Sequence record: PQ850614.1 | Strand: one strand, 5' to 3' | Length of the DNA stretch: 64,000 nucleotides | Origin: Escherichia phage LorandFenyves_Bas91 | Part shown: positions 62,224 through 64,000 of the stretch, one piece after another | How positions within the stretch are numbered: the stretch's first letter is position 1 | How the letters are laid out: the number at the start of each line of letters is the position of its first letter | Position numbers and translations under genes: made by a program | The notes under the pieces: generated by a model | The model's input: the letters and a program-made list of their open reading frames with translations, nothing else | What the model was told of the DNA's origin: nothing | Database searches by the model: none

Positions 62224-62388
62224 ATGTGGAAAATTAAGTTAATCATTAAGCAATTCAAATGTGATCATGAGTACTATCGGATACGCAAAGCTTACGGGGA
62301 TGAAAGAGTTCACACCCTTTATAAGTCCACTTGGAGATGTAGTAAATGTGGTAAGCTTAAACACAGCACATGGATGGATAGGCCTTAA
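62224..62388 (+). CDS. small Zn-ribbon protein (54 aa), + strand member of the H-x-(W/Y)...CxxCG family
   Basis: Below the track threshold. MWKIKLIIKQFKCDHEYY...CSKCG parallels the 51755/51929 proteins. Preferred over the out-of-frame track ORF 62261..62479. Confidence 0.45.
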   Translation: MWKIKLIIKQFKCDHEYYRIRKAYGDERVHTLYKSTWRCSKCGKLKHSTWMDRP

Positions 62389-62397
62389 CGTGACATG

Positions 62398-62497
62398 GCC
62401 TTTATGGGGGTGCCTTTATGACAAGCCCTTTACTTCAGCGTACACGGGTTGTTGGTATGGGGTGGCCTTTACGGGTTAGATATGCCTAGCCCTTTAT
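62398..62497. repeat. five GCC(C)TTTA(T/C) repeats
   Basis: Copies at 62398, 62412, 62425, 62465 and 62489. Several are followed by (T/C)GGGG/GGGTT, echoing the ACGGGGA motif. Confidence 0.5.
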
Positions 62498-62521
62498 ACT
62501 CTTATTCAGAGGAGAAGAATT

Positions 62522-62776
62522 ATGAATTTAGTATTAGACTTTCTATCAGAGATGGTGCCTCGGTTTAGAACGGAGACATACGCTTTCGTGGTCAATAGTG
62601 ACTCTGAAGAAGGGATGGAAGCTACATGCTTAGGTCGTCTTGTTGATTTAGATGATGAAACAGATTTCGATATTACAATTGATGTAAGTAGTTTTGGTTG
62701 GCTCTTCTTCAGAGCATTCCGCACTTACAGAAAAGAAACATACAAAGATTACAGCAAGGGAGATACAAATGAATAA
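62522..62776 (+). CDS. acidic hypothetical protein (84 aa)
   Basis: GAGGAGAAG RBS. Confidence 0.6.
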   Translation: MNLVLDFLSEMVPRFRTETYAFVVNSDSEEGMEATCLGRLVDLDDETDFDITIDVSSFGWLFFRAFRTYRKETYKDYSKGDTNE

Positions 62777-63401
62777 TTTAATCCAAGCGATGGACCTTAA
62801 CGAGTACAATTCACAGCTATGTCGTTCTGGTTGTAGCTTACAGCATTTAGAAACTATGGGAAATGTTTCAGGATTGGCTGTACAAGATTTATATAGTGGA
62901 AGTATTCTTAAACCAACTATTACGGAGAAGAAAGATATGATGAGTTTAGTAGAACAATACCGTGGACTTCAAGTCGGTACTATTGGTGATAAATATGAGA
63001 ACTACTACAAAGATCGCTCAAAAGTACTTGAAGAAGTTGCACGGGCTAAGCCTTCTACTCTGGAGGTAGTTGAATATGAATCTACTAAACATGATCACCT
63101 CCCTGATTATGCTCGCGCAATGATTGAGATGATTGAAGAAGCTGAATATGAAATGCTCCATGATTACATTACCTCCAAAGATGAATGGCATCGTGATGTT
63201 CGAATCGAAGAAGATGGTACAGAAACAATTACGTGGATTCACAAGAGTGAGTTAGTAGACGACGCACTGCGAGACTACGAAAAATTTTTGGTCGACGGCT
63301 CTATTCTTTTAGAGGAAGAGAAGGGTGCAGAACTTCCGTGGGAAGGTGAGACGATTGCTCTAGGTAAGATGTTTAACCTGTCCGTTGGTGATTGTAAGTA
63401 A
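62769..63401 (+). CDS. hypothetical protein (210 aa)
   Basis: Start moved to ATG 62769 (AAGGGAGA RBS), which overlaps the upstream stop. Confidence 0.6.
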   Translation: MNNLIQAMDLNEYNSQLCRSGCSLQHLETMGNVSGLAVQDLYSGSILKPTITEKKDMMSLVEQYRGLQVGTIGDKYENYYKDRSKVLEEVARAKPSTLEVVEYESTKHDHLPDYARAMIEMIEEAEYEMLHDYITSKDEWHRDVRIEEDGTETITWIHKSELVDDALRDYEKFLVDGSILLEEEKGAELPWEGETIALGKMFNLSVGDCK

Positions 63402-63406
63402 TATTT

Positions 63407-63427
63407 GCCTCCGTTGGGAGGCTTTTT
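63407..63427 (+). terminator. intrinsic terminator
   Basis: GCCTCC-gttg-GGAGGC followed by TTTTT. Confidence 0.65.
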
Positions 63428-63457
63428 GTGTTGTTGATAATGTAGAAGGAGTATAAA

Positions 63458-63931
63458 ATGTTTGGAGAAAACGGAGAACTCACGCCTGCACAGGTAGCTG
63501 AGATTACAGGAAGATTACCCGGAGTAACGGAAGAACTCGAAAGCCGTGGTATGAACCCAAGCAATGGGAAGTTTCAAAAGGGAAATAAATTCGGACGACC
63601 CAGAGGTAGTAGAGGTAAACTGACACAATTAATGTTGGACCGTGTTGCTGCAAGTCATTTGTCTCCTGATGAAGTGTTAATTCAAATTTACGAAGATCCT
63701 AATATTCCACCTGATCTTAGATTCAAGGCTGCATCAAAAGTTGCAGATCTGGTATATCCTAAGGCGGCCTCTGTTGAAGTTAAGATTGAGGAAGAGAATG
63801 TAATCAACGAAGAATCATTGAATGCACAAATCAAGGACTTCTTGACTGGAGCACTTGGTATCGACGTTATGCCTCCAGAAGAAGACAACTCTGAGGACGC
63901 TGAAAAGGGGGAGGAAGCGGACGAGAGTTAA
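63458..63931 (+). CDS. hypothetical protein; small terminase subunit is a positional guess only
   Basis: AAGGAG RBS. Basic HTH-like N-terminal region (TPAQVAEITGRLPG...KFGRPRGSRGK) and acidic C-terminus. It opens the rightward block. Confidence 0.55.
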   Translation: MFGENGELTPAQVAEITGRLPGVTEELESRGMNPSNGKFQKGNKFGRPRGSRGKLTQLMLDRVAASHLSPDEVLIQIYEDPNIPPDLRFKAASKVADLVYPKAASVEVKIEEENVINEESLNAQIKDFLTGALGIDVMPPEEDNSEDAEKGEEADES

Positions 63932-64000
63932 GTAAAGGAAAGAAGGGGAGGTTCTTTGACGAAGGGACTTTCCCTTTTCTATTTTTAAACTGGAGGAAGC

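Noticed and set aside
61605-62242. Track ORFs 61605..61805 (-), 61963..62172 (-) and 62024..62242 (+) in the divergent region.
   Set aside because: They have low-complexity or odd composition and no RBS, and they are built on the iteron and AT-rich sequence. More likely non-coding.
62261-62479. 72-aa plus-strand track ORF.
   Set aside because: It has no RBS and spans the GCCYTTTAY repeat array. The overlapping 54-aa frame (62224..62388) has paralogs elsewhere in the window and is preferred, though neither is proven.
63438-63446. TAATGTAGA, an 8/9 match to the TAATGTATA box, upstream of 63458..63931.
   Set aside because: It ends only 12 nt before the start codon and overlaps the RBS region, which is inconsistent with the 37-60-nt spacing of the other copies.

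Overview
The window reads as most of a virulent podovirus-type enterobacterial phage genome. By recollection of the family's hallmarks, not by any search, it resembles phiEco32-like (Kuravirus-type) phages. It carries an ECF-like sigma factor and an ATP-grasp / glutamine-amidotransferase / 'COOH-NH2 ligase' / gamma-glutamylcyclotransferase cluster. It also has repeated TAATGTATA boxes in intergenic gaps.

Layout:
- 1-15797 (+ strand): distal part of the late module. This covers the endolysin, tail fibre and tail proteins, an SLT transglycosylase, two Q/N-rich paralogs and a ~1470-aa charged protein.
- 15.9-61.4 kb (- strand): about 100 tightly packed genes. They include a split family-A DNA polymerase, primase-helicase, FEN, SSB, ThyX-like, dCTP deaminase, thioredoxin, PhoH, a Dps-like protein, a CCA-adding-type nucleotidyltransferase, a macro domain, a SLOG domain, a spanin pair, three HNH endonucleases, tRNA-Arg(UCU) and several small-protein paralog families.
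- 54.7-61.4 kb: an early block served by sigma70-type promoters and intrinsic terminators.
- 62.2-64 kb (+ strand): rightward genes resume.

Most interesting observations:
- The ~9.6-kb amidoligase cluster. Its amidotransferase gene can only include its catalytic N-terminal domain if it starts at ATT.
- A 1.8-kb ORF-free tract carrying tandem near-consensus promoters and repeated motifs.
- An iteron-plus-AT-rich divergent region, a candidate origin or genome terminus.
- Two copies of a conserved stem-loop whose closing helix covaries.
- A 115-nt tRNA-like element in tandem with the tRNA.

All domain calls are by-eye motif recognition. No database search or folding program was run.
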